In this document: piece after piece, positions 30,715-41,008 of the stretch
Position numbering within the stretch: the first letter of the stretch is position 1
How the letters are laid out: every line of letters begins with the position of its first letter
From: Caldisericia bacterium
Lineage (GTDB): Bacteria; Caldisericota; Caldisericia; B22-G15
Assembly (NCBI GenBank): GCA_030018355.1
Contig: JASEFN010000002.1
Location: 46,699 to 110,698, forward strand
Reading direction: 5' to 3'
Length of the DNA: 64,000 nt
The notes under the pieces: generated by a model
The model's input: the letters and a program-made list of their open reading frames with translations, nothing else
The model's database searches: none
Told to the model about the DNA's origin: nothing
Program-made: the position numbers and the translations under genes

Positions 30715-31895
30715 AAAAACCACTTTCAATTATTTTAAGACCTAAAAATTTTGATGAATTTATAGGTCATAAAGATATAATAACTGAATCATTTAAACAA
30801 AAAATTAAAAATGGTGAAGTTCCAAATCTTATTCTTTGGGGACCACCTGGTTCTGGCAAAACAACTCTTGCAGAAATTATAAAAAATGAGAGCAAACTAA
30901 ATTTTATAAGAGTTTCTGGAGCAGAAACTTGTATTAAAGAGTTGAGAATTATAATTGACAATGCTAAAAGAGAGAAAGATTTTTTTCAAAAAGAGACAAT
31001 TCTTTTTATTGATGAAATTCATAGATTAGATAGAAAAGAGCAAGATTTTTTACTCTCTTTTGTTGAAGAAAGAGACATAATATTGATTGGAGCAACAACA
31101 GAAAATCCATATTTTACAATTGTTCCACCTCTTCTTTCAAGATGTTTCTTGTTTATTTTAGAGCCTTATAAACATGAAGAGATGGAAAAAATTTTAGAAA
31201 ATGCTTTAAAAATTTTAGAAAATATTGAATTAGACGAAGATTCTAAAAATTATTTAATTGAAATTTCAAATGGTGATGCAAGATTTTTATTAAATGTTCT
31301 TGAAAACATAAAAGCAGAATACAAAGATAAGAAAGTCAAGATAAGCGTTAATGATCTTGAAAATTTTTTAATTACAAAAAAAATAAAATTTGATAGAAAA
31401 GAAGAGCATTATAATTTAATATCAGCACTTATTAAGAGTATAAGAGGAAGTGACCCCAATGCATCTCTTTATTACCTTATGAGGCTTATTGAAGGAGGTG
31501 AAGATTTAAGATTTATAACAAGAAGATTAATAATTTTAGCAAGTGAAGATATAGGTCTTTCTGATCCTTTCGCTCTTGTTATTGCAACATCATGTGCTGA
31601 GGCAGTTGATAGAGTTGGTCTTCCTGAAGCAAAATTAATTCTTTCTGAAGTTGTTCTTTATCTTGCAAGGGCACCAAAAGATAATAGAGTACTTAAGGCA
31701 CAAGAAAGAGTTTTAGAAGTAATAGAGAAATATGGAAATCTTCCTGTCCCTCTACATTTAAGAAATCCAGTCATAAAAGGTTTAAAAGATTTAGGTTGGG
31801 GACAAGGTTATGTATATCCACACGATCATCCAGATGAAAAGATTCAATATTTACCAGATGAGATAAAAGATGAAAAATTTTTCGAAGAAAATTAA
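30711..31895 (+). CDS. rarA: Replication-associated recombination protein A
   Basis: WGPPGSGKTT, FIDEIHR, GATTENPYF, KSIRGSD, VPLHLRN, Y.YPH. Confidence 0.94.
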   Translation: MKKPLSIILRPKNFDEFIGHKDIITESFKQKIKNGEVPNLILWGPPGSGKTTLAEIIKNESKLNFIRVSGAETCIKELRIIIDNAKREKDFFQKETILFIDEIHRLDRKEQDFLLSFVEERDIILIGATTENPYFTIVPPLLSRCFLFILEPYKHEEMEKILENALKILENIELDEDSKNYLIEISNGDARFLLNVLENIKAEYKDKKVKISVNDLENFLITKKIKFDRKEEHYNLISALIKSIRGSDPNASLYYLMRLIEGGEDLRFITRRLIILASEDIGLSDPFALVIATSCAEAVDRVGLPEAKLILSEVVLYLARAPKDNRVLKAQERVLEVIEKYGNLPVPLHLRNPVIKGLKDLGWGQGYVYPHDHPDEKIQYLPDEIKDEKFFEEN

Positions 31896-31910
31896 TTTAT
31901 AATTTATAAT

Positions 31911-32240
31911 ATGAGTTTAAAGAAATTAACTCAAGAAGATTTTGAAGAGAAGATTTTGAATAAAAGTGGTATAAAAATTGTGAAATTTACAGCAGAGTGG
32001 TGTTATCCGTGTAAAGTGATTGAACCACATTTAGTTAAACTTGAAAAACTTTATAATGGAGAAGTTGAATTTTATGAAGTTGATGTTGAAGAAAATAGTT
32101 TTCTTGCATCGGAATATGATATAGTTAATCTACCAACACTCCTTGTTTTTAAAGATAAAAAAGTAATCGGTTCAATTGTTGGAGCGCTTTCTTTTGAATC
32201 TTTAAAAAAAGAGTTAAACGAAATTTTAAATAGAAATTAA
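31911..32240 (+). CDS. trxA: Thioredoxin
   Basis: F.AEWCYPCK active site, LPTLL cis-Pro. Confidence 0.88.
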   Translation: MSLKKLTQEDFEEKILNKSGIKIVKFTAEWCYPCKVIEPHLVKLEKLYNGEVEFYEVDVEENSFLASEYDIVNLPTLLVFKDKKVIGSIVGALSFESLKKELNEILNRN

Positions 32241-32243
32241 ATA

Positions 32244-32263
32244 GGGGTGGTAAAAACCACCCC
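32244..32263. terminator. GC-rich hairpin between convergent trxA and lpdA, probable terminator
   Basis: GGGGTGGT-AAAA-ACCACCCC perfect 8-bp stem. Confidence 0.7.
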
Positions 32264-32307
32264 ATACTCTTTTGAAACTTAAAGATTCTCAAAAATCTTA
32301 TTTTAAA

Positions 32308-33699
32308 TTATCTTTTAACAACAATATGAATTGCTTCTCCTAATGGAACTTTAGTTGCTTCCATAATTGCTTCAGAAAGTGTTGGATGTGTGTGTATAGT
32401 ATCAGAAATATCTTTAAGAGTTAACTTATTTTTAATCGCAAGCGCAACTTCTGCTATCATAACTGATGCATCAGGTCCCACAATTTGAGCACCTATTATC
32501 TCTTTTGTATCACTTTTTGCAACAACTTTTACAATTCCATCTGTTGAATTCATTGAAACTGCTTTTCCGTTTGCAATAAAAGGAAATTCACCAGTTATAA
32601 CATCAATACCATTTTCTTTTGCTTCTTCTTCTGTTATACCAACAGATGCAATTTCTGGTGTTGTAAATATTGCCCATGGCACAACTCTATAATCCATCTT
32701 TGTATCATATCCTACAATAATTTCTGCAACAACTTCACCCTCTTTCATTGCTTTATGTGCAAGAAGTAATCCACCAACAACATCACCAATTGCATAATGA
32801 TGATCAACATTTGTCTTTAAGTATTCATTTACAACAATTTTTCCTTTATCAGTTTGAATACCCACTTTTTCAAGACCAATATTATCTGAGTTAAGTTTTC
32901 TTCCAATTGAAACAAGAACTTTTTCAGTTTCAAGAATTTCACCGTTTCCTAAAGTAAGATACACTCTGTTATCTTTTATATCAATATTTTCAATTTTAAC
33001 TCCTAATTTAAAGTTTATCCCTCTCTTTTCATAAATTCTTTTAATAAGGTTTGCGATTTTTTTATCCTTCAAAGTTGGAACAACATTTTCCATCATTTCG
33101 ACAACAGTTACTTTTGTACCAAATGAATTAAAAAATGTTGCAAATTCCATACCTATAGCTCCAGCACCAACAATTACCATTTCTTTTGGATATTCAGTTA
33201 ACTCAAGCGCATCATCTGATGTGAGTACATTAATGTGATCAATTTTAAATGCAGGAATCAAAAGAGGTTCTGATCCTGTTGCAATAATTATATCTTTACC
33301 TTCAAATCTCTCTTTCCCTTGTGAGGTTTCAACTTCAACAATGTTTCCATCAACAAGATAACCTCTTCCATATTTTATTTCAACCTTTCTTGATTTTAAA
33401 AGGTATTCAACTCCTAAGACAAGTTTTTTGATTACATTATCTTTCCATGTTTTTATACCCTTTGGATCATAAGAGACATTATCTATATTAATGCCAAAAA
33501 TTTTTGATTCTTTTGACTCTCTATAAATCTCAGATGCTTTTAAAATTGCTTTTGTTGGTATACAACCACGATTAAGACATGTTCCACCCAAAATTTTGTT
33601 TTCAACTATTAATACTCTTTTTCCCAAATCTCCAAGTCTTATTGCTGCTACATATCCTGCAGAACCTGCACCTAAAATAATTACATCAAACTTTTCCAT
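32308..33699 (-). CDS. lpdA: Dihydrolipoyl dehydrogenase
   Basis: GAGSAG, GGTCLNRGCIPTK, HTHPTLSE. Confidence 0.95.
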   Translation of the reverse strand: MEKFDVIILGAGSAGYVAAIRLGDLGKRVLIVENKILGGTCLNRGCIPTKAILKASEIYRESKESKIFGINIDNVSYDPKGIKTWKDNVIKKLVLGVEYLLKSRKVEIKYGRGYLVDGNIVEVETSQGKERFEGKDIIIATGSEPLLIPAFKIDHINVLTSDDALELTEYPKEMVIVGAGAIGMEFATFFNSFGTKVTVVEMMENVVPTLKDKKIANLIKRIYEKRGINFKLGVKIENIDIKDNRVYLTLGNGEILETEKVLVSIGRKLNSDNIGLEKVGIQTDKGKIVVNEYLKTNVDHHYAIGDVVGGLLLAHKAMKEGEVVAEIIVGYDTKMDYRVVPWAIFTTPEIASVGITEEEAKENGIDVITGEFPFIANGKAVSMNSTDGIVKVVAKSDTKEIIGAQIVGPDASVMIAEVALAIKNKLTLKDISDTIHTHPTLSEAIMEATKVPLGEAIHIVVKR

Positions 33700-33823
33700 C
33701 TCTTCCTTTCCTCCATAATATATTTATTTTAATGTTAACAAAAATTAAATTAACTTGAAATCTTTTATATTTTCTAAAATCTGGTAAAATTGAAGAAAAT
33801 GGAAAATTTAGGAGGTATATATA

Positions 33824-34846
33824 ATGGCTGACGAAAAAGAGAAGATGCTAAATATAACTATATCAGATATAGAAAAAAGATTTGGAAAGGGCTCCATAAT
33901 GAAACTTGGAGAAAAAAGGGAGCTCCTTGATACTGAAGTTATATCTTCAGGAATATTAACTCTCGATATTGCACTTGGTGTTGGAGGATATCCAAGAGGA
34001 AGAATTATTGAAATTTTTGGACAAGAAGGAAGTGGAAAATCAACAGTTGCACTTGAAGCAGTAGCAGAGGTTCAAAGACAAGGTGGTTATGCAGTTTACA
34101 TTGATGCAGAACATGCTCTTGATCCAGCATATGCTGAGGCAATTGGTGTAGATTTAGCAAAATTATATATTTCTCAACCAGATTATGCTGAACAGGCGCT
34201 TGAAATTGCAGAAACTTTAGCAAGAAGTGGAGCAATTGATATTCTTGTTATTGATTCTGTGGCAGCCCTTGTACCTAAAACAGAATTAGAAGGAGAAATT
34301 GGAGATCAATATATGGCGCTTCAAGCACGCCTTATGTCTCAAACTTTAAGAAGATTAAACACAGCAATATCAAAATCAAAAACTGTTGCAATTTTTGTGA
34401 ATCAAGTTAGAGAAAAAGTTGGAATTATGTTTGGTAATCCTGAAGTTACACCAGGAGGAAGAGCACTAAAATTTTATTCAACAATAAGAATTGAAATAAG
34501 AAAAGGAGATTCAATAAAAGAAGGAGAAACAATTATTGGAACCTCAGTTAAAGCAAAGGTTGTGAAAAATAAGGTTGCTCCACCATATAAAGAGGCTTAT
34601 TTTGATATAATTTATGGGAAAGGCGTGCTTAAAAGTGGATGTATATTTGATGCTGCAACTGAACTTGGAATAATAGAAAAGAGTGGAACTTGGTATTCTT
34701 ATAAAGGAGAAAGAATTGCTCAAGGAAGAAAGAATGTTTTAGAATTTTTTGAAAAGAACCCACAAATTTTGAAAGATATAGAAAAAGAGGTAAGAAAGAA
34801 AGTTTTTCCAGAAGAAGAAAAACTTAATAAAGAAGAAAATAAATAA
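33824..34846 (+). CDS. recA: Recombinase A
   Basis: [41 protein letters not shown]. Confidence 0.98.
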   Translation: MADEKEKMLNITISDIEKRFGKGSIMKLGEKRELLDTEVISSGILTLDIALGVGGYPRGRIIEIFGQEGSGKSTVALEAVAEVQRQGGYAVYIDAEHALDPAYAEAIGVDLAKLYISQPDYAEQALEIAETLARSGAIDILVIDSVAALVPKTELEGEIGDQYMALQARLMSQTLRRLNTAISKSKTVAIFVNQVREKVGIMFGNPEVTPGGRALKFYSTIRIEIRKGDSIKEGETIIGTSVKAKVVKNKVAPPYKEAYFDIIYGKGVLKSGCIFDAATELGIIEKSGTWYSYKGERIAQGRKNVLEFFEKNPQILKDIEKEVRKKVFPEEEKLNKEENK

Positions 34847-34848
34847 AA

Positions 34849-35277
34849 TTGAATAAAGAACTACTTAACTATTCCCTTAAACTTTTAGGGAATAGGGATT
34901 ATTTTGAAATAGAGTTAAAGATGAAATTAATAAATTGTGGATATAATGAAAAAGAGATTGATGAGGTAATTGAATATCTTAAAGATAGAAATTTTATAAA
35001 TGATTTCTCTCTTATAGAGAGAAAAATTAATTTTTATCAAAGAAAAGGCTGGGGTGAATTTAAAATATACAAATATTTAATAAATTTAGGTCTAAATAAA
35101 AATTTTGTTGAAGAAAGCATAAAAAAATTTTTAGATTTATCACTTGAAAAAGAAAACATTAAGAAATTTTCTCAAAGAAAAGATGATTTTGAAAAAAAAG
35201 TAAATTATCTTATAAACAAAGGTTTCAGAGAATCTTTAATTTTTGAAGTTCTAAAAAAGAAGGAGGATGAGATATGA
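34849..35277 (+). CDS. recX: Regulatory protein RecX
   Basis: Follows recA; L..RD...EL..KL, FIND, YL..KGF pattern. Confidence 0.8.
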   Translation: MNKELLNYSLKLLGNRDYFEIELKMKLINCGYNEKEIDEVIEYLKDRNFINDFSLIERKINFYQRKGWGEFKIYKYLINLGLNKNFVEESIKKFLDLSLEKENIKKFSQRKDDFEKKVNYLINKGFRESLIFEVLKKKEDEI

Positions 35278-36821
35278 ATTTATCATTAATTGCATATGAA
35301 GTTTTAATAATATTAGTTTTTCTCTTAGGAGGGTTAGTTGGTTTTTACATAAGAAGATATGTTGCTGAAAGTAAAATTGGTGGAGCAGAAAAAGAGGCGC
35401 AGAGAATTAAAGAGATGGCAGTTCAGGATGCTGAATCAAGATCAAAAGAGATAATTTCAAAAGCAAGAGAAGAGGCAGTTAGAATAAGAAACGAAACTGA
35501 AAAAGAACTAAAATTAAGGAAGCAAGAAATACAAAAACTTGAAGCAAAACTAATTCAAAGAGAGGAGATTATTGAAAAGAAACTTGAATCTATTGATAGA
35601 AGAGAAAAAACAGTTGCTCAAAAAGAAGAAGAAGTTAGAAAAATGAGAGAAGCGCTCGCAAGACAATATGAAAAACATAAACAGGAACTTTTACGTATAG
35701 CAAATTTAACAGAAGAAGAAGCAAAAAGAGAACTAATGGAAAAACTTGAAAAGGAACTGAGTTTAGAAATTAGTAAAAAAATAAAAGAATATGAAGATAA
35801 ATTAAAAGAAATGGAAAAAATTAAGGCTCAAGAGATAATTTCAACTGCAATACAAAGAACTGCAGTAGATTTTGTTGCTGAATCAACAATTACTGTTGTG
35901 CCACTTCCTAATGATGAAATTAAAGGAAGAATAATTGGAAGAGAGGGAAGAAACATAAGAACATTTGAATCATTAACTGAAACAGAATTAATAATAGATG
36001 ATACACCTGAAGCAGTTGTAATTTCATCATTTGATCCAATTAGAAGAGAAATTGCGAGATTAACACTTGAGAAACTTATTCTTGATGGAAGAATTCATCC
36101 TTCCAGAATTGAAGAGTTGTATGAAAAAGCAAAGCAAGAGATGGGAGAGAAAATTTTAGAGGAAGGAGAAAAAGCCCTTTTAGAATTAAATATTGTTGAT
36201 ATGCATAAAGATTTAGTTAAATTAATTGGTAAATTAAAATTTAGAACAAGTTTTGGTCAAAATGTTTTGAAACACTCAGTTGAAGTTGCATATCTTGCAG
36301 GTATAATTGCAAGCGAACTTCAAATGGATGTTCAAAAGGCTAAAAGGGCTGGCCTTCTCCACGATATTGGTAAAGCGCTTGATAAAGAGGTTGAAGGGCC
36401 TCATGCTCAAATTGGAGCAGAACTTTTAAGAAAATATGGTGAAGATGAAGAGATAATTCATGCAATTCAAGCACACCACTATGATATTCCACTTGAAAGA
36501 CCACTTGATTTTATAATTCAAGCAGCAGATGCAATTTCTGCTTCACGCCCAGGAGTTAGAAATGAATCAATAGAGCAATATATAAAGAGAATTGAAGAGT
36601 TAGAAAGAATTGCTTCATCTTTTGAGGGAGTTGAAAAAGCATATGCTCTTCAAGCAGGTAGAGAAGTTAGAGTTTTTGTTAAACCAGATTCAATTGATGA
36701 CTCTCTTCTTCCAAAGTTAGCATATGATATTGCAAAAAAGATTGAAAATGAGGTTGTTTATCCAGGTCAAATAAAAGTTTTAGTTGTAAGAGAGAGTAAA
36801 GCACTGGGATATGCTAAATGA
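35274..36821 (+). CDS. rny: Ribonuclease Y
   Basis: N-terminal TM, coiled coil, KGRIIGREGRNIR (KH), LLHDIGK (HD), ADAISASRPG. Confidence 0.97.
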   Translation: MNLSLIAYEVLIILVFLLGGLVGFYIRRYVAESKIGGAEKEAQRIKEMAVQDAESRSKEIISKAREEAVRIRNETEKELKLRKQEIQKLEAKLIQREEIIEKKLESIDRREKTVAQKEEEVRKMREALARQYEKHKQELLRIANLTEEEAKRELMEKLEKELSLEISKKIKEYEDKLKEMEKIKAQEIISTAIQRTAVDFVAESTITVVPLPNDEIKGRIIGREGRNIRTFESLTETELIIDDTPEAVVISSFDPIRREIARLTLEKLILDGRIHPSRIEELYEKAKQEMGEKILEEGEKALLELNIVDMHKDLVKLIGKLKFRTSFGQNVLKHSVEVAYLAGIIASELQMDVQKAKRAGLLHDIGKALDKEVEGPHAQIGAELLRKYGEDEEIIHAIQAHHYDIPLERPLDFIIQAADAISASRPGVRNESIEQYIKRIEELERIASSFEGVEKAYALQAGREVRVFVKPDSIDDSLLPKLAYDIAKKIENEVVYPGQIKVLVVRESKALGYAK

Positions 36822-37609
36822 GAATACTATTTATTGGTGATATAGTTGGAGAATCAGGAAGGAGGGTCCTTGGTTTGACCCTCCAAAAAATTATAAATAA
36901 AGAAAAAATAGATCTTGTTATTGCTAATGTTGAAAATTTATCTGGAGGTTTTGGTGTAACTTTGGAAAAGTTTGAGGAGATTTTAAAATTTGGAGTGAAT
37001 GTTGCAACAAGTGGAAACCACATATGGGATAATAAAGAGTATAAACTTGTATTCGAAAAATACCCCAATATAATTTTAAGACCACTTAATTATCCTGATG
37101 GTACACCAGGAAAAGGGAGTACTGTAATTGATGTTAATGGAGAGAAGGTTTTGATTATAAATATTCAGGGAAGAACATTTATGGAGCCAATTGATTGTCC
37201 ATTTAGAAAAATAGATGAAGAATTAAAAAAATTTAATGATATAATAATTAAAATAGTTGATTTTCATGCTGAGGCTACAAGTGAAAAGAGGGCAATGCTT
37301 CATTTTCTTTCTGGTAGAGTATCCGCTTTAATTGGTACTCATACTCATGTTCAAACTTCAGATGAAGAGATTTTACCTACTGGAACATCTTATATAACTG
37401 ATGTCGGAATGACTGGAAGTTTTGATTCAGTTATTGGAATTGAAAAAGAGGCAGCAATTCACCACTTTATTACAAAACTACCCACAAGATTTAAAGTTGC
37501 AAAAGGGGATCTTAGATTAAATTCACTTTTACTTGAAATTAATGAAAAAAATGGTAAAACATTAATGATAAAAAGATATAACATAAACCTTGGAAAAGAG
37601 GGGGCATAA
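36818..37609 (+). CDS. ymdB: YmdB-family metallophosphoesterase
   Basis: IGDIVG, GNHIWD, DFHAEATSEK, GTHTHVQT, TDVGMTG. Confidence 0.93.
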   Translation: MRILFIGDIVGESGRRVLGLTLQKIINKEKIDLVIANVENLSGGFGVTLEKFEEILKFGVNVATSGNHIWDNKEYKLVFEKYPNIILRPLNYPDGTPGKGSTVIDVNGEKVLIINIQGRTFMEPIDCPFRKIDEELKKFNDIIIKIVDFHAEATSEKRAMLHFLSGRVSALIGTHTHVQTSDEEILPTGTSYITDVGMTGSFDSVIGIEKEAAIHHFITKLPTRFKVAKGDLRLNSLLLEINEKNGKTLMIKRYNINLGKEGA

Positions 37610-37610
37610 G

Positions 37611-38927
37611 ATGGAGAAAAGACTTTTAGAACTTAAAAAAAGGATCAAAGAGGACGAACTCTTAAGGTCCGTTAATTTATTCTTTTCATTAAACAATACA
37701 ACAGTATACCTTGTTGGAGGTTATATTAGAGATTTGCTTTTAGGGAAAGAGAGTAGTGATATAGATATTATTGTAGACGCTCCAACAAGCACTGTTAAGG
37801 CTCTTGCACATTTTTTAAATGCAAGTGTATTTTATTTGAGAAAAAGAGAAATTTATGCAAGAGTTATGATAATGAGGGAGGGTAGAAGGATTGATGTATC
37901 CTTCATAAATGAAGAAAATTTAAAAGAAGAGTTAGAAAGAAGAGATTTTACAATAAATTCAATGGCTGTTAATCTTACAAAAATTTTTAAAGATGAAGAG
38001 GATTTCTTTATTGATCATTTTAATGGATTAAAAGATCTTGAAAATAAAATTATAAAACAAACTAATTCCAATATTTTTGAAGAAGATCCAATAAGAGTTT
38101 TAAGAGCGTTTAGATTTAAACATGCATTAGGTTTTGAAATTGAAAAGGATACTCTCAAAAATCTTCAAGCAAATAAATCTCTTTTAGATAGAGTTTCTCC
38201 TGAAAGATTAAGAGAAGAGTTTTTTAGAATTCTTTTGATGGATAATCAAATTCTATATGATTTAAATGAGAGTGGTGTATTAAAAGAGTTGTTCCCAAAT
38301 ATAAATTTTGAATTTGTTGATATGGCTTTAACCAATCTTGATGATTCTGTTAAAAACCCAGATAAATATTTTAAACAAGAAGAGGTAAGAGAAGTTTACA
38401 CAAATTTCTGGAATGAACCAGTTGGGAAAGAGGTGTTTCATATTCAAACATTTAAACTTGCGCTACTTTGCTTTAGTGAAGAGACTCCTGCTCTTTTTGT
38501 TAGAAAGAAATTTAATGCATCTCTTAGAACATGTACAAAGGTACAAAATATAATTTTTGCATTTAAATATTTGAAAAATAGTTTTGATGAAGGACAAGAC
38601 ATCCTATCAGTTGATTTTATTGGAACATTCTTTAGAACATACAAAAAAGAAACAATAGAAGCCTATATGTTACTTACATTTTACTATAAGGGTTTAAAGA
38701 AATTTCCAAGAAAAGAAGTTCTTGATTTTGTTGGTTTATTTGTAAAGAATAGATTTAAATCACTTGTAATCTCTGGTAATGAAATTGTAAAAGAATATGG
38801 TTTAACACCATCACCATTTGTTGGAGATCTTTTAATGTATCTTAAAGCGCATCAAATTCTTGAAAAAATAAAAACAAAAGAGGATGCTAAAGCACTTATA
38901 GATAAATATCTAAAAAGAGAAGAGTGA
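37611..38927 (+). CDS. Class II tRNA nucleotidyltransferase (probably CC-adding type)
   Basis: VGGYIRDLLLG...DID, RRDFTINSMA, EDPIRVLRAFRF, ERLREE; start placed at ATG 37611. Confidence 0.85.
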   Translation: MEKRLLELKKRIKEDELLRSVNLFFSLNNTTVYLVGGYIRDLLLGKESSDIDIIVDAPTSTVKALAHFLNASVFYLRKREIYARVMIMREGRRIDVSFINEENLKEELERRDFTINSMAVNLTKIFKDEEDFFIDHFNGLKDLENKIIKQTNSNIFEEDPIRVLRAFRFKHALGFEIEKDTLKNLQANKSLLDRVSPERLREEFFRILLMDNQILYDLNESGVLKELFPNINFEFVDMALTNLDDSVKNPDKYFKQEEVREVYTNFWNEPVGKEVFHIQTFKLALLCFSEETPALFVRKKFNASLRTCTKVQNIIFAFKYLKNSFDEGQDILSVDFIGTFFRTYKKETIEAYMLLTFYYKGLKKFPRKEVLDFVGLFVKNRFKSLVISGNEIVKEYGLTPSPFVGDLLMYLKAHQILEKIKTKEDAKALIDKYLKREE

Positions 38928-40159
38928 TTAACTTTCATATAAAAACTTTTGGTTGTCAGATGAATGAGTACACTTCACTCTATTTATATTCCCTTTTGTC
39001 TTCAAAAGGTGTGGAAAGTGATGTTAAAACTGCTGATTATATCATTGTTAATACATGTGCTGTAAGAGAAAAAGTAAAACACAAGATTTATTCTTACATT
39101 GGTAAGGTAAATAAAATAAAAAAGAAAGACGCAAAACTTATTGTTATAGGTTGTCTTGGTGAAATATATAAAGATGAGATTAAGAATAAATTTAATCCAT
39201 ATATTGTTGGTCTTTATGATAAAGAGGAAGAACTTTTAGAGATTGCAAAAAGTATCGAGGTTGATGTAAGTAGAAAAAGTTTACCCCTTGTCTCAAGATA
39301 TTTACCAATTATTTTTGGATGTAATCACTTCTGTTCATATTGTATTGTTCCTTTTGCAAGAGGATTCGAAAAGAGTAAACCACTGGAAGTTGTTTTAAAA
39401 GAGGCTGAAGAAATTTATAATGAAGGAGCAAGAGAAATAGTTCTTGTTGGACAGAATGTTAATGATTATGGAAAAGACCTTGGAATTCAGGACGGTTTTA
39501 TAAAAGTAATTAAAGAGGTTTCAAAAATTCCTCTTGAAAGAATAAGTTTTTTAACCTCTCACCCCAAAAATTTCAAATTAGAGTGGATTGAAGAGTTATG
39601 CGAAGTTAAAAATTTACTCCATCTTTTTCATCTACCACTTCAAAGTGGATCAAATAAAGTATTAAAATTAATGAGAAGGGGATATACAATTGAAGATTAC
39701 ATTAAAATAGTTGAAAAAATAAGAAGTCTTTTTAAAGATGCATCTATTACAACTGATCTTCTTGTTGGCTTTCCTGGAGAAAGTGACGAAGATTTTCTTT
39801 TAACAATTGATGCAGTTAAAAAGATTGAATTTGATAGAGCATATATGTTTAGTTATTCAAAAAGACCAAAAACTTTTTCAGAAAAGTTTGAGTGCGAGAT
39901 TCCAGAAAGTGAAAAATTAAGAAGACTCAACTATCTAATAAAAATTCAAGATGAGATAACTCTTAAAAAATATAGTGAATTCATTGGAAAAGAGGTTGAA
40001 GTTTTAATTGAAAATTTAAAAGAGGGTAAAGGAATTGGAAAAGAGAAGGGTGGAAGAGTAACAATTGTTGAAGGAGTAAAGGAGAGCGATTTAGGAAAGA
40101 TTGTAAAAGTAAAAGTAGAAAGAGTAAACATAAGAGAACTTTTTGGGAAGAGAATTTAG
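38924..40159 (+). CDS. miaB: tRNA methylthiotransferase (radical SAM)
   Basis: TFGCQMN, NTCAVRE, GCNHFCSYC, HLPLQSGS, VGFPGE, TRAM-like C-terminus. Confidence 0.82.
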   Translation: MINFHIKTFGCQMNEYTSLYLYSLLSSKGVESDVKTADYIIVNTCAVREKVKHKIYSYIGKVNKIKKKDAKLIVIGCLGEIYKDEIKNKFNPYIVGLYDKEEELLEIAKSIEVDVSRKSLPLVSRYLPIIFGCNHFCSYCIVPFARGFEKSKPLEVVLKEAEEIYNEGAREIVLVGQNVNDYGKDLGIQDGFIKVIKEVSKIPLERISFLTSHPKNFKLEWIEELCEVKNLLHLFHLPLQSGSNKVLKLMRRGYTIEDYIKIVEKIRSLFKDASITTDLLVGFPGESDEDFLLTIDAVKKIEFDRAYMFSYSKRPKTFSEKFECEIPESEKLRRLNYLIKIQDEITLKKYSEFIGKEVEVLIENLKEGKGIGKEKGGRVTIVEGVKESDLGKIVKVKVERVNIRELFGKRI

Positions 40160-41008
40160 ATGAAAATTTTTCCAATAGCTGGAGAGACACTTGGTGTAAG
40201 AAGTACATCTGTCTTTGTGCAAACTGAAAATTTAAAAATTCTAATTGATCCTGGTTTTTCAATTCCACAAATAAAAAATCTCTTTCCTCCAACTCCCTAT
40301 GAATTTAGAGCAGCAGATAAAATAAAAAAAATTCTTAAAGAAAAAGCAATGGAGTGTGATTTAATAATTATAACTCACTATCATATGGATCACTTTTCAT
40401 ATTATGAAGATTTTTATAAAAATAAAATTGTTTTTATAAAAGATCCAGAAAATTATATAAGTGAAAATCAAAAAGAGAGAGCAAAAAAATTATTAAATAT
40501 TCTTGAAAAAAACTCAAAGAATTTTCATATTGCTAATGGAGAAATAAATTTTGGAAAAACAAAGATAAAATTTTCAAAGATATTTCCACATGGAGTAGAT
40601 GAGAAAATGGGAGGAGTTATTTCAGTTTTAATTGATGATGGAGAAAAATTGATTTATTCATCTGATATATCAGGTTTCTCAAGTGAAAATTCAGAGAGTT
40701 TTGTTATTGATGAAAAACCAGATATTTTAATTTTTGATGGCCCTGTAAGTGAAGTTCTTGATAAAGCAATTAAAAGCACAGAAAAAATATTAAATGAGAC
40801 AAATATTAAAATATTTATAATGGAGCACCATCCATATAGAGATTTAGATTATAAAGAAAAACTAAAAGAATACTTTTCAATTTTTGAAAAAAGGGGGTTA
40901 ACTCTTTTAAACTATGCTTTATTTTTGAATAAAGAAGAGATGCTTCTTGAAGGAGAAAGAGAACTCTTTTATGAAAAACCTTTTAGATTTAATAAACCTT
41001 TATGGTGA
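40160..41008 (+). CDS. Metallo-beta-lactamase-fold hydrolase (UPF0282-like)
   Basis: ETLGVRS..V.T....LIDPG, THYHMDH, PHG, SSD, DGP, EHH.YRD. Confidence 0.75.
   Translation: MKIFPIAGETLGVRSTSVFVQTENLKILIDPGFSIPQIKNLFPPTPYEFRAADKIKKILKEKAMECDLIIITHYHMDHFSYYEDFYKNKIVFIKDPENYISENQKERAKKLLNILEKNSKNFHIANGEINFGKTKIKFSKIFPHGVDEKMGGVISVLIDDGEKLIYSSDISGFSSENSESFVIDEKPDILIFDGPVSEVLDKAIKSTEKILNETNIKIFIMEHHPYRDLDYKEKLKEYFSIFEKRGLTLLNYALFLNKEEMLLEGERELFYEKPFRFNKPLW

Noticed and set aside
33700..33823. LexA box upstream of recA
   Set aside because: No GAAC-N4-GTTC or CTG-N10-CAG motif seen
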